Virus record (IMG/VR): IMGVR_UViG_3300044946_000035
Coordinates: 1-53,926 of that record
DNA from: a virus
Lineage: Duplodnaviria > Caudoviricetes
Direction: 5' to 3' (one strand)
Length of the DNA stretch: 53,926 nt
Shown piece after piece: positions 43,402 to 53,621 of the stretch. The notes below the pieces were generated by a model that searched no databases, had not been told where the DNA came from, and saw nothing but the letters and a program-made list of their open reading frames with translations. Within the stretch, counting starts at the first letter, position 1. Every line of letters begins with the position of its first letter. Position numbers and translations under genes: made by a program.

Positions 43402-44539
43402 GTGGGACCAGTACGCGGAGAAGCCTGACAAGTGGGCGCAGTATGCCGCTCCTGTTAGGCCGAGCGCTGCCGCGCAGGAGCAGAGCAAGAAATCCCCGCT
43501 CGCGCTCACCTCCGGCATCGAGCCGACTCCGGGCGGAGTAGCGTCATGGGAACTGGGTGAGTTGGGTGGCGGCGCAGTAGACGCACTCAAGAGTATCTAC
43601 TCCATGGCCAAGCCCGCGGAATCGACCACGGAGAAGGTTATCAGCGGCGTCGGAGGTCCGGGCGGGCTGGCGCTCAAACGCCTGTTCGAATCGACCGGGC
43701 AATCTCTATCCCGCGTCGGAGAAGTCCCCGGCGCGATCAAGGATCTGTACCAGAGCGGCGTTGGCATCCCGGCACTGGCCATGCAGGTTCCGCGCACGAT
43801 GAGCAACCTTGCGACTCAGGCCGCGCTTGGGAAAGCGGTTGGAGCGGATGCTCCCATGCAACAGAAAGCTCAACTCCGCAGCATTATGACCGACCCCCAA
43901 GCGGGAGGTCTTATAGGCTCTCGTACTCGTGGCGTCGAAGCGTTGGATCGCGTGGACAAGGCCGCGCAGGGGATTCCGATTGACTGGCAACCTGCCTACA
44001 AGATAGCGCAGAAGGCGATTGAGCTAGGAAAACGGGGGTTCAATCCGCCCAAACCCATAGTGGACTTCGTGAACTGGATCGACTCCAGAATGAAGCCGGG
44101 GCTGGCTCCGGTTAGGGGGGAGCCCGGAGCGATGATGGATCGTGCTGGCTCGATGAATCCGCTCGAATACCAGCACGCCCGAGACTTCGAGACTGCCCTC
44201 GGTGATGCGATCCCATGGGAGCAATTCGGCGGCAAGGGTGGCAAGATGTTCCGGCTGGCGAAGCAAATGCGGGCGGAGCTAGGCAAGTCCACCGCTGAGG
44301 GACTGAAGCCATATAACCTCGATACTCCTTACCTCCGAGGCAAGGCGGAGTTTGAGAAAGCCTATGGAGCCAAGGATAAATTTGGCCCGCTTGGATATGT
44401 CGGCGGCAAGATGGCGGGATATGGCGTCGGCACTTTTACTGGACATCCCCTGCTGACTGGATATGCCGGAGGCAAAGCCGGAGAGAGCCTAGCGGGATCT
44501 CTTGTTCGCTCGGTTACGAATGCAGGAGGCAAGGAATGA
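43391..44539 (+). CDS. Internal virion/ejection protein (putative)
   Basis: PDKWDQYA/PDKWAQYA N-terminal repeat; Gly/Ala-rich segments. Confidence 0.7.
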   Translation: MPDKWDQYAEKPDKWAQYAAPVRPSAAAQEQSKKSPLALTSGIEPTPGGVASWELGELGGGAVDALKSIYSMAKPAESTTEKVISGVGGPGGLALKRLFESTGQSLSRVGEVPGAIKDLYQSGVGIPALAMQVPRTMSNLATQAALGKAVGADAPMQQKAQLRSIMTDPQAGGLIGSRTRGVEALDRVDKAAQGIPIDWQPAYKIAQKAIELGKRGFNPPKPIVDFVNWIDSRMKPGLAPVRGEPGAMMDRAGSMNPLEYQHARDFETALGDAIPWEQFGGKGGKMFRLAKQMRAELGKSTAEGLKPYNLDTPYLRGKAEFEKAYGAKDKFGPLGYVGGKMAGYGVGTFTGHPLLTGYAGGKAGESLAGSLVRSVTNAGGKE

Positions 44540-44697
44540 GCCCAGTCAGTAAATACTTCAAAGGCCACGGCGAGGAAGTCATGTCCAACATGGAGAAAGA
44601 ATACGGCAAGGACGAAGGCAAGCGCGTGTTCTACGCTACGGCCAACAAACGCGACAAGAAGAAACGCAAGAACAAAAGAAGGAGCAAACGAGCATGA
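44536..44697 (+). CDS. 53-aa protein with a basic tail (not in the ORF track)
   Basis: ATGA coupling on both sides; M...YG...GKRVFYATANK motif seen in podovirus structural regions. Confidence 0.75.
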   Translation: MSPVSKYFKGHGEEVMSNMEKEYGKDEGKRVFYATANKRDKKKRKNKRRSKRA

Positions 44698-47600
44698 ACC
44701 GACTACGCGCATTACTCATTACTCTCGCCCTGGCCTGCGCCCTCAGCCCCCCGGCGCTCGCCCAGACCTCGATCAATCAAGCCGGAGGCATCGGCAATGG
44801 CGGCACCGACTGTTCGACCGCCATCAACTGCGTGATCCTCCAGATATCTCCGGGGAGTCTCGGTTCCGCTTCCATCTGGGTCACGGGCACATGGAGCGCT
44901 ACGCTTCAGTTCGAGGTCACCTCCGATATCATCGCCAGCGGCTCGACCAACACCCAACTGAATGCGCTCACCTGGGTCTCGGTCAACGCGTTTCCCTCGA
45001 CTTCCACCACGGGCGCGAGCAACACGACCACAAATGGCCTCTGGGTACTGAACGCAGCCAATATCACCGGCCTGCGGGTCCGGGCATCGACTTACGCCTC
45101 CGGTCTCGTCAACGTAACCCTCCGGGCATCCACTGCTTCTGCCCGTAACAATGGCGGCGGCTCCGGCAGCGGGGTAGGCATCTATACGGTGGCTACCCTG
45201 CCTTCGGGCCTGGGCGCGGGTGGCACGGGAACTCTCGATACGGTCAAGGACGGTTCGACGGCAAGCGACTGCACTGTCGGCGGTGGAAGCAATGCCGTGG
45301 CTTGCATTTGGACCGGCGCGGCGTGGGCCTTCGCGGGATCGTCCGCAGCGGCTCCGGCGTTCTCGGCGATTACGAGCGCGACTAACACCTCGGCGACTAT
45401 GACTTGCGGCGCGGGTTGCACCATGACCACGACCAGCACTGGGGTCAACAATGCGAACGAGGTTAACGGGGGAACGGTCCCGGCCAGCGCTCCCTTAGTC
45501 GGTACCAACTCCAGCAAGCAGCCGATATCGGTAACCACGATTCCGACCTCAACCGTCCCGGCATTCACCGGGGACATGACCAACACTGCCGGTTCGCTCG
45601 CCACCACGGTTGGCCAGGTCAACGGTGCCGCGCTGCCCGCATCGGCCACATTTGCCGGGACCAATGGCAGCAACCAGGTGATCGCTACGGCCTGCACCTC
45701 GGCGGATCTGGTCGTCGGTAACGCTTCCAATAAGCCGGCTTGTGTGGCCCTCACGGGAGACTCTACCCTTACGAATGCCGGTCTTATGACCAATACCGCC
45801 CTGAATGGAGGATCGGTTCCAGCATCGGCTAAAGTGCTTGGCACCAACGGCTCCTCGCAGCCGATCGCGGCAGCTTTGACCTCAGCTCACCTCTATGTCG
45901 GCAACGCAAGCAACCTTCCGGCGGACGTGGCTTTGACCGGAGACTCGACGCTTACCAACGCTGGACTGATGACCAACACGGCCATCAATGGAGGCGCATT
46001 CCCCACCTCCGCCTCGGTCATCGGATCGAATGGCAGCGCCCAGCCGGTTACTGCCACCGCCCACGGCATCCAGGCCCCGCAGGATTGCAACGACGCTTCC
46101 GGCTCGGGAACGGCGCAAACATGCAGCACCACGGTTACCTTCACGCTGGGCCAGAAGGATTGCGTCAACTACACGCCGGGGACCACCAACACGGGAGATG
46201 TGACGCTCGCGGTGAACAGCGGCACGGCTTACCATTTTTACAAGTGGGGAGGGTCTTCCACGCTGGCGTCGGGAGATCTGGTGGCGGGCGTGACGCAGGT
46301 GGTATGTCTCGATTCCAGCAACCGATTTGAGCTGCCTACGGTCGGCAACCCTCCAGCGTCCGGCGCGACGATTAACAACCAGAATCAGTACGGAGCGCCT
46401 TACTATTCCACCTCGGGGTCGAATAACACCCTCAGCGGAATCGCCCCTCCAACCACGCAGGGATACTTTAATCAGGACTGGGTGAATACGACCAACGCGG
46501 CATCCGCTCCCCAAGTTGTCCAAGTCGGCCTCACCGGGCGGTCGCTTACCGGATCGGCTACTACCTGTGGAGGCTCCGGCGTTCTCTACAGCGATGTCGC
46601 CAGCTGGATTGATCACGACCAGGCCGCGACAGGAACGGTGAATTGCTCCCTGCCGACGCCAGCCACGTTGAACAACACCAGTTTCGCCTTCCGCTATACC
46701 AACCACTCGGCACAGACGGATACGATCACGCCAGCGGGGGGCTATACGATCCAGCTCGGCTCAGGAGCGGCGGCGTCAACTCTCAGCGTGGCGTCGGGAG
46801 TAGGCTGCGGGATCATCGTTGATCCGAACTCGGCGTCAAACTGGCTGGCAGACTGCTCAAACATCAACGGGACTACGGGCACAGGCACGGTCACGCACAG
46901 CGTCGGCGCGCTGACACCGCTCTACGCCCCAGTGATCGCCAATGGAGGAGCGGATGTTCAGAGTACGGGCGGGGGCTATATCATGCTGCCTCCCTTGACC
47001 TCCGGGTCCGATGTATGCGGCCCGCTGAACACCGCCCTCCTTGCAGCCCAGACTGCTGGCGTGGTGACCCCAAAGATCGACCTTTCGGGAATCGGCCCGA
47101 ATGTCATCTGTACCAGCGATCCCTTCGTTGGATTCACGAGCGTTAACGGCGCGGAAATCGACATCGGCGGCGGCACCATCTCCACCAACGTACCGATTGG
47201 GCTTCCCTACCGCGTGAGCCTGCACGGAACGTTTGGTTCGGGTAGCAGCATTAACGCCAGCACCACCTTTCACACCAACTACCCGACGATTGTCGGGACG
47301 ACGGCCTCGAACGACACCATCTGTTTCTCCAACGGAAACACGACGGTCATCTCGGGAACGAATGTGTCTGGCACTTGCACCGCAGGGGGCATAGCGTCTT
47401 TTGCCGGAGTGTTACCCCACTATGTTTTGCTGATGTGTCCGGGCACGACGCCCGCTTGCAATCCCGGTAATACTTTAGCAGTTGGAATCGTCCAAAGCGT
47501 GTCGAGTACAACGGCAGGCAATTCGTCGCTAACCCTTCAGCTTGGCCCATCGGGCAGCCTGACCATCCCGACCAGCGGGACCGGGTACCACTATGCGTTC

Positions 47601-49868
47601 GTGGCCCCACTGTTCTTTACCAGCTACCAGAACCAGTCGGGAGGCCTGATCACCACTAATTATCAGGAGTTGGAGCATGTCAGTCTGGGGGTAAACGATT
47701 CGACCTCTGGCGTCACCGACTGTCACTTTGGCTATTTCAATATGACAGGGCAAGAAGGCGTCTGGATGAACGATGTCAAGATCACCGACTCCTGCTGGGC
47801 TTATGTCGGGCAGTTCGAGCCGGGAGAGAACTCTGGCCCGCATCGCAATCTATACCTGTTATCGACCAAGGGATACTCATCGTCTATCGGAGGAGTCGGA
47901 ATCGTCGCCCGTGTGGCTACCTGGCACGGAGTACAAGACTCGACTATCAACATTCGCAATAGCACTTCTGAAACTGCGGTGACGGGCATTCTGGCCGCGA
48001 ACGGCTACAACGCACATGCGGGGACCTTGCCCAACTACGGCCCGGCCCAGTACATCCGTAACCACATCGAAATCGCAGGCGCGGGAGACGCGATCCAGAT
48101 CGGAGATGCTCTGGTATGGCCATGGGCCGCGAATGGCGAAGGTTTATCCGCTGTCAGCTTTGCCAACAACAGCGGCGGGCCGTCGAACGCGGGGAATCTC
48201 TATCACGTGATGAACGCGACCGGAGCCAGTGGAAGTTACAACGTCATTATCGACAACAGCGCCACGGAAGATGTCAACGCGCAATCGAACTGCATCAAGG
48301 ACGACGTAAATACGCTGAATTATGCGAACTGCCCTGTCCACTGGGCGGGCCCGGCGCAAGTCGCATCCGCCCCGGATATCATCGACGGAGGAGTGACCGC
48401 CTTCGGTCCGCTGGATATCGGAACGGTGGGCACGGCTGGCGTGCTTGGACTAGTCGGCTCGACCTCCGGCATAGCTACCTGCACTGCGCCAGCGGTCGCC
48501 GGGACGAGCACCAACGCGGTTGTCTGTACGAATAATCTCCAGGCTCCTGCGCTGGTCTCAACTGTAGCGATCGGCACCGCGCCACTCACTGTGACCTCGA
48601 CCACAGTTGTGCCGAACCTGAATGTCTCACAGCTCCTCGGGAAGACCTGGGCGGTTCCGTCCACCATCGGCAGCACCACGCCGAACACAGGTGCGTTCAC
48701 TACTCTGAGCGCATCGGGACAGGCCTCGGCTACCGCTGCCGGAGCGGCGTCCACCCCCGGCCTTCTCGTGTCCGGCGCTCCCTACACTGGTGGCTCCTCT
48801 TCAACCACCCAGCCGCAGGTGTATGTAAGCTCTGGCGGGTCAGTCACGGGATTCTCGACCGCAGGCACCGTATTCGGCATGAACGCGCCCTCGGGATTCA
48901 CCGGCAACCTGATTGATAGTTTCGTGAACGGCGGCGCGTCTCACTTATTCACGGTCAATTATCAGGGGAATATCACTGCCGGGTCATTGGCTGAAAATCT
49001 TTTGGCCGGAGCATCAGCGGCGGCTACCATTACTGAAGGTGGATCAACCTTCAGTGTGACGAGGGCAGGAGTATCTACCGCAAACCTAACCTATCCTTGG
49101 GTGTTCACGAACGCCAACTCGACGAACAACAATACTTCCGGGGTTGTGGGATTTAGCGCCAGCGGATCATCGACGGGCCAAACGGTAATGAATCTGAATC
49201 AGGCCACGACGGGCGGAGACATCCTCGACTGGGGCACGGGCGGATCATACTCGGCAGGAGTGCTCTCGGGGCAGACAATCTCTGGAAGCATCCTTGAGAA
49301 CGGTTCGATTCAGACCAAGGGAACAACTGCTGGATTCGTCGCCATGTCTCAGGGTTCGACCAGTTCAGGGGTCGCGCCTTGCAATGCAGCAACTACAATC
49401 TGTTTCCAGGCTCCAACTTCAGTTACATCGCAACTCCGTGTTCTGGCAGGCGCTCCGGCGACTGGATTCCCTTTGTACACCAACTCATCTGGCACGATGA
49501 CGGAGACAATCAGTGCGACCAGTGGGACGCTTAGCTCAGGAGTTGGAGTTCTGGGCACGCTAGCGGTGAACGCCGTTCTTGCTTCAACGGTAGCCAATGC
49601 CGCAGGCCATTTCACCAATCTCCAAGTCGTGACTTCGCTAGGCGGCACATGTTCAACGGTTCCAATCTTCAACGTGTTCGACGGAACAACGAACACTGGC
49701 TCGACGGTCACTGCGACATCGAGCACACAGACCAAGGGAACGGGCACCAGCACGGCACAGACCCTCACCTTTGCGGCGGGAGATGTGATTGGTATCTACA
49801 TTTCAACGGCAGGGGCGACATGCACCCTAGATCAATTCGTCGTCTCGGCGCAATACTCGATCCCATGA
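44694..49868 (+). CDS. 1724-aa fibre-like protein with an N-terminal signal peptide
   Basis: MNRLRALLITLALACALSPPALA|Q; T/S/G/A-rich repeats; central beta-helix-like region; C-terminal FAAGDVIGIYI module. Confidence 0.8.
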   Translation: MNRLRALLITLALACALSPPALAQTSINQAGGIGNGGTDCSTAINCVILQISPGSLGSASIWVTGTWSATLQFEVTSDIIASGSTNTQLNALTWVSVNAFPSTSTTGASNTTTNGLWVLNAANITGLRVRASTYASGLVNVTLRASTASARNNGGGSGSGVGIYTVATLPSGLGAGGTGTLDTVKDGSTASDCTVGGGSNAVACIWTGAAWAFAGSSAAAPAFSAITSATNTSATMTCGAGCTMTTTSTGVNNANEVNGGTVPASAPLVGTNSSKQPISVTTIPTSTVPAFTGDMTNTAGSLATTVGQVNGAALPASATFAGTNGSNQVIATACTSADLVVGNASNKPACVALTGDSTLTNAGLMTNTALNGGSVPASAKVLGTNGSSQPIAAALTSAHLYVGNASNLPADVALTGDSTLTNAGLMTNTAINGGAFPTSASVIGSNGSAQPVTATAHGIQAPQDCNDASGSGTAQTCSTTVTFTLGQKDCVNYTPGTTNTGDVTLAVNSGTAYHFYKWGGSSTLASGDLVAGVTQVVCLDSSNRFELPTVGNPPASGATINNQNQYGAPYYSTSGSNNTLSGIAPPTTQGYFNQDWVNTTNAASAPQVVQVGLTGRSLTGSATTCGGSGVLYSDVASWIDHDQAATGTVNCSLPTPATLNNTSFAFRYTNHSAQTDTITPAGGYTIQLGSGAAASTLSVASGVGCGIIVDPNSASNWLADCSNINGTTGTGTVTHSVGALTPLYAPVIANGGADVQSTGGGYIMLPPLTSGSDVCGPLNTALLAAQTAGVVTPKIDLSGIGPNVICTSDPFVGFTSVNGAEIDIGGGTISTNVPIGLPYRVSLHGTFGSGSSINASTTFHTNYPTIVGTTASNDTICFSNGNTTVISGTNVSGTCTAGGIASFAGVLPHYVLLMCPGTTPACNPGNTLAVGIVQSVSSTTAGNSSLTLQLGPSGSLTIPTSGTGYHYAFVAPLFFTSYQNQSGGLITTNYQELEHVSLGVNDSTSGVTDCHFGYFNMTGQEGVWMNDVKITDSCWAYVGQFEPGENSGPHRNLYLLSTKGYSSSIGGVGIVARVATWHGVQDSTINIRNSTSETAVTGILAANGYNAHAGTLPNYGPAQYIRNHIEIAGAGDAIQIGDALVWPWAANGEGLSAVSFANNSGGPSNAGNLYHVMNATGASGSYNVIIDNSATEDVNAQSNCIKDDVNTLNYANCPVHWAGPAQVASAPDIIDGGVTAFGPLDIGTVGTAGVLGLVGSTSGIATCTAPAVAGTSTNAVVCTNNLQAPALVSTVAIGTAPLTVTSTTVVPNLNVSQLLGKTWAVPSTIGSTTPNTGAFTTLSASGQASATAAGAASTPGLLVSGAPYTGGSSSTTQPQVYVSSGGSVTGFSTAGTVFGMNAPSGFTGNLIDSFVNGGASHLFTVNYQGNITAGSLAENLLAGASAAATITEGGSTFSVTRAGVSTANLTYPWVFTNANSTNNNTSGVVGFSASGSSTGQTVMNLNQATTGGDILDWGTGGSYSAGVLSGQTISGSILENGSIQTKGTTAGFVAMSQGSTSSGVAPCNAATTICFQAPTSVTSQLRVLAGAPATGFPLYTNSSGTMTETISATSGTLSSGVGVLGTLAVNAVLASTVANAAGHFTNLQVVTSLGGTCSTVPIFNVFDGTTNTGSTVTATSSTQTKGTGTSTAQTLTFAAGDVIGIYISTAGATCTLDQFVVSAQYSIP

Positions 49869-50668
49869 GAAAACTACTCATCTTCGTTGTACTCATCGCG
49901 GCTTCGTTTCTCCATGCTCAAGGCGGGATCGGGGGTAAGGGTGGTATTGGCGGGAAGGGTGGGATTGGGGGAGGGGTAACGAGTGGCGGCGGCAGTGTCA
50001 CAATCGCAAACCACTCTGCACCAAATAGTGCGTGCAGCGGTTCTACGACCTGTACGATTTCCATCACTGTAGGAACAACCGGAGACACGGTAGTCGGGGA
50101 GCTTCAGGGTTGCGTAGGAGCGAGTTGTGTCGCAGATACGGGTTGTACGTTCGCTGTCACTGATGGGACAAACACTTATTCGGCCATCTCTGGAGCCACC
50201 CTCCACGCGGTTACCGGAATACTTGGTTTCTACCCATTTGTTGCCGTTAACGCTACAGCAGGTACGTACACTCTGACCTTTACGATCAGCGGAGCCAGTT
50301 GCAACAGCGGTTCGCCAGCATTCGACTATGCTTATGTTTCTTACGCAGATTTTGCTGGGGCAAGCACGTCGTCCTCGGTTGATTCTGCCGTATCGAACAC
50401 CCACGTAGGTTCTACGTTCGTCACATCAGACAGCATCACTACCGCAGGCAATGTAGCTTTCTCTGGAGAGGTAATTTATACCGACATAGACAGCTCTGGG
50501 GCAGTCGCAATGACTGCCTGCTCCACTCTGGATGCCGCATTCAACGGTGGCGTATCCATTACTGCCGATTCAGTTCATCCAGCATCCGGTGGTACCGTCA
50601 CATGTTCGTGGTCACAAAATTCCGCTTCGGGTGCCGCACGAGCGACCATAATCGGTATCCACCCATGA
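49865..50668 (+). CDS. Secreted-type beta-sandwich protein in the fibre module
   Basis: ATGA coupling; MRKLLIFVVLIAASFLHA|Q then a GGIGGK repeat; Cys pairs. Confidence 0.75.
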   Translation: MRKLLIFVVLIAASFLHAQGGIGGKGGIGGKGGIGGGVTSGGGSVTIANHSAPNSACSGSTTCTISITVGTTGDTVVGELQGCVGASCVADTGCTFAVTDGTNTYSAISGATLHAVTGILGFYPFVAVNATAGTYTLTFTISGASCNSGSPAFDYAYVSYADFAGASTSSSVDSAVSNTHVGSTFVTSDSITTAGNVAFSGEVIYTDIDSSGAVAMTACSTLDAAFNGGVSITADSVHPASGGTVTCSWSQNSASGAARATIIGIHP

Positions 50669-53058
50669 AGCGGCTGCTGCTTACAATCTGCTTGATACTC
50701 TGCTCCATTTATAGTTCTGCCCAAGCATGGTCAGGAATCCTTGCTACGTCTAGAGCTATCGACTGGTCGAGTGTTGGTGCTGCAAATATCGGCACCCCCC
50801 GGACCCAATGCGGTGCGACGATTGCCGCTTACGGGTCGAGTGGTACTCCGCAATCCGCCGCAGCAATCAACACAGCACTCGCCGCCTGTCCTTACAACGG
50901 CTTCGTTCTGCTCGGCCCGGGCACGTTCTACCTGAATACCGGAATCTACTTTCCGTTTGGCGGGAGTAATAGCTCAGGATGCTCGACCAACTGCTCAAAT
51001 GTGACTCTGCGTGGGTCCGGGCCAAGCTCGACATTCATCATTTTCAGCGGTGGCACATCGTCAAGCTATTGCAACCCCCACTCAATCTGCGCCTCTGGTT
51101 CGTCGAACAACTATGCTGGAGGGCCGTCAAATTCCGCGAGTTGGGCGGCAGGGTATTCTCAGGGAACGATCTTGATCACGCTGAATAGTTTGGTCAATTC
51201 GGCTCCCGTCGTGGGCCAGCCCATCATTCTTGATCAGATCGACAACCAATCAGACAATGGCGCGCTGTATATCGGCTGCGAATATCCTGATGGTTCGACT
51301 TCCTGCCCAAACATCAGCCAAGTCGCGAGTGGCTACCAGCGCGGCGAAGGTTCTTATACCACCGTCCGAGGGCAGCAACAATTTGTCACCGTGACAAGCA
51401 TCTCAGGCTCGGGCACTGGACCGTACACAGTCGGCATTACGCCCGGACTCTACGCTTCTAACTGGAATGCGGTTCCGGGCACAAGTCTCCCCGGCGCATG
51501 GTGGGCTTCTGGCCCGGTTTACAATGATGGCGTCGAGAGTCTGTCTGAAGACCTGACAGCGTGGACGAATGCGGGCGGAAGTGGGATCACGTTTTACAAC
51601 TGTCAAGGCTGTTGGGTGAAGGCCGTTCGCAGCATTACATCATCAGCGGGGGGGACCGGATGGTATCACGTCGGCTTCGCCAACTCCAACCACGGCACGG
51701 TTCGCGACTCGTATTTCTACGGCTATCAAGGTGATGATTATGGCGTCTCGACCTATGGCGCGGGCGACATTCTCACCGAGAACAACATCCACCAGTACCC
51801 AGCGGAAAACGGCTTCTATAACTCTGACTGTGAAGGCTGCGTCTCGACTTATGAGTTTACGGTAAATCCCTACTTCGGACAATCGGCAAACTGGCTGGCC
51901 CAGCCTTCCGATTTTCACAGCATCGCATTGTTCACGCTCTTTGAAGGCAATATCGGGGCGGGAATCTATGAAGATGACTTCCACGGCAGCCATGGGCTGA
52001 ACACGCAATTTAGAAACCGCTGGGATGGAAGAGAGCAGAACAACGGCGGGGCAACGAGTAGTCAGACTCTGGCAATGGTTCTCTACCCAAACGCCCGGTA
52101 TAACAACACGGTCGGAAACGTCCTTGGCACTCCCGGCTATCACACGACCTACAAAACGACGCCAACGCAGTGCCCAACTCCCGGCACCTGTGCGGCGTGG
52201 GACACGACCGTCATCGGGGCCGGGGTGGGGAATACAGTCAGCGCCAATGATGCCTTGGTCAATACCACTTCGATGTTCTGGGGCAATTGGGACAATGTGG
52301 ACAACACAACGCGCTGGTGTGGAAACTCCTCGAATACAGGCTGGTCCACCACCTGTGGAAGCGTCTCGGAAGTTCCAACGGGGCTGAGTTCCTACGCGAA
52401 TACCGTCCCCGCAACCCAGACTCTTCCGTCATCGTTCATTTACACGACGAAACCTTCCTGGTGGACTTCGGGAAAAGCGTGGCCCAACATCGGGCCGGAC
52501 GTGACGGGCGGAAATGTCGGCCAGTGCTCAGGGGGAACCTATGACAGCTCAGAGGTTCTGAGTCCCGGCTCGAACTGCACCGGAGGGACGTTTACGGCGG
52601 TCGGGGGTGGCCTTGTGGTGAGCAATCCGGCAATGGACTGCTACTTCGCCATGGGCGGAAATCCGAATGGAACGGGTAGTGCGCTGACGGGCTTCAATTC
52701 GAGTAATTGTCCATACCTGGCCCCAGCAACGCAAGCCTCGGCTCCGTCCTGCACTCCAACCTCCGGCACCGTCCCCCAGACCGTAACCTGCACCAATCCG
52801 AACTCCGGTACGACGGTCATGTGCTACAACTTCACGGGTGGCCCCACAACAGATGGCACGGGAGCAGGCTGCGGGGCTGGCAGCACAAAATACACGACGG
52901 CGCTGACGATCTCCGTGCCGGAAACGCTTTACATCGTCGCCGGAACAAGCACACTGACGGACAGTGCGGTATCGTCGTACAGATACCTTGGCACATCGGC
53001 TCGCCCTGTGAATCTCATCATCGCCCGGCAACTACAGAATGCGGAGGCCTCTCAATGA
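50665..53058 (+). CDS. Pectin-lyase-fold/GH55-like beta-helix protein with a C-terminal CHB_HEX_C/FN3-associated domain and a signal peptide
   Basis: MKRLLLTICLILCSIYSSA|Q; AAINTALAACP...LLGPGTFYL, VTLRGSGP; APSCTPTSGT...YTTALTIS..ETL. Confidence 0.8.
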   Translation: MKRLLLTICLILCSIYSSAQAWSGILATSRAIDWSSVGAANIGTPRTQCGATIAAYGSSGTPQSAAAINTALAACPYNGFVLLGPGTFYLNTGIYFPFGGSNSSGCSTNCSNVTLRGSGPSSTFIIFSGGTSSSYCNPHSICASGSSNNYAGGPSNSASWAAGYSQGTILITLNSLVNSAPVVGQPIILDQIDNQSDNGALYIGCEYPDGSTSCPNISQVASGYQRGEGSYTTVRGQQQFVTVTSISGSGTGPYTVGITPGLYASNWNAVPGTSLPGAWWASGPVYNDGVESLSEDLTAWTNAGGSGITFYNCQGCWVKAVRSITSSAGGTGWYHVGFANSNHGTVRDSYFYGYQGDDYGVSTYGAGDILTENNIHQYPAENGFYNSDCEGCVSTYEFTVNPYFGQSANWLAQPSDFHSIALFTLFEGNIGAGIYEDDFHGSHGLNTQFRNRWDGREQNNGGATSSQTLAMVLYPNARYNNTVGNVLGTPGYHTTYKTTPTQCPTPGTCAAWDTTVIGAGVGNTVSANDALVNTTSMFWGNWDNVDNTTRWCGNSSNTGWSTTCGSVSEVPTGLSSYANTVPATQTLPSSFIYTTKPSWWTSGKAWPNIGPDVTGGNVGQCSGGTYDSSEVLSPGSNCTGGTFTAVGGGLVVSNPAMDCYFAMGGNPNGTGSALTGFNSSNCPYLAPATQASAPSCTPTSGTVPQTVTCTNPNSGTTVMCYNFTGGPTTDGTGAGCGAGSTKYTTALTISVPETLYIVAGTSTLTDSAVSSYRYLGTSARPVNLIIARQLQNAEASQ

Positions 53059-53324
53059 CCAACTTAGCGAATATAAACTGGATATCACTCGGCACGGAAA
53101 TCGTAGCTGGAGCCTCGGTTCTGCATACCGTCCTCCCCCCGTGGGACTTTCTCGATGAATTTCCCACGGCCCAGAAACTCTATAAAGTCTTCGTCTATCT
53201 CGTGGGCTATGTGGCCCTGAACGCCCGTAGTACGGTTTACCAGAAGATCTCGGTGAACAATCCTAACGGGCCGAACGCGAACTGTACCCCTACGACTCCC
53301 GCGCCTGCCGCGCCCAAGCCGTAG
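53055..53324 (+). CDS. Small membrane protein (holin candidate)
   Basis: GGAGG SD, ATGA coupling, two hydrophobic segments. Confidence 0.6.
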   Translation: MTNLANINWISLGTEIVAGASVLHTVLPPWDFLDEFPTAQKLYKVFVYLVGYVALNARSTVYQKISVNNPNGPNANCTPTTPAPAAPKP

Positions 53325-53342
53325 ACTCTGGCCTTAGGAGGG

Positions 53343-53621
53343 TTGAATGTGGCCGCCTTTGTTGCGCTTGCTGAGTTGTCCGATCGAGAGCAGGTCCGTC
53401 TCTTGTTCGCTGTCATGGGGACTCTTGGTACTGTCCTGTTTACTGCTTTTTGTTGGCTGGTTAAACTTGCAATCCGCCGTGAAGTGGCTCGTAGCGATGA
53501 TCGAGCGGAGAGACGTGAGCAGTGGGAACGAGATCAAGACGAGTTTAGAAACTGGGTCCGTGTCATTTTCGCGCTTCATGGAATGCTCCCAACACCCAAG
53601 GACCCAGGCGGTGATGAATAG
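53343..53621 (+). CDS. Single-TM protein with a charged tail
   Basis: AGGAGG SD; LLFAVMGTLGTVLFTAFCWLV. Confidence 0.65.
   Translation: MNVAAFVALAELSDREQVRLLFAVMGTLGTVLFTAFCWLVKLAIRREVARSDDRAERREQWERDQDEFRNWVRVIFALHGMLPTPKDPGGDE

Noticed and set aside
49921-49975. GGIGGK tandem repeat as a DNA-level repeat element
   Set aside because: Codons differ between units; it is a protein-level Gly-rich linker
44694-53058. Diversity-generating retroelement acting on the fibres
   Set aside because: No reverse transcriptase gene and no near-identical TR/VR pair was seen
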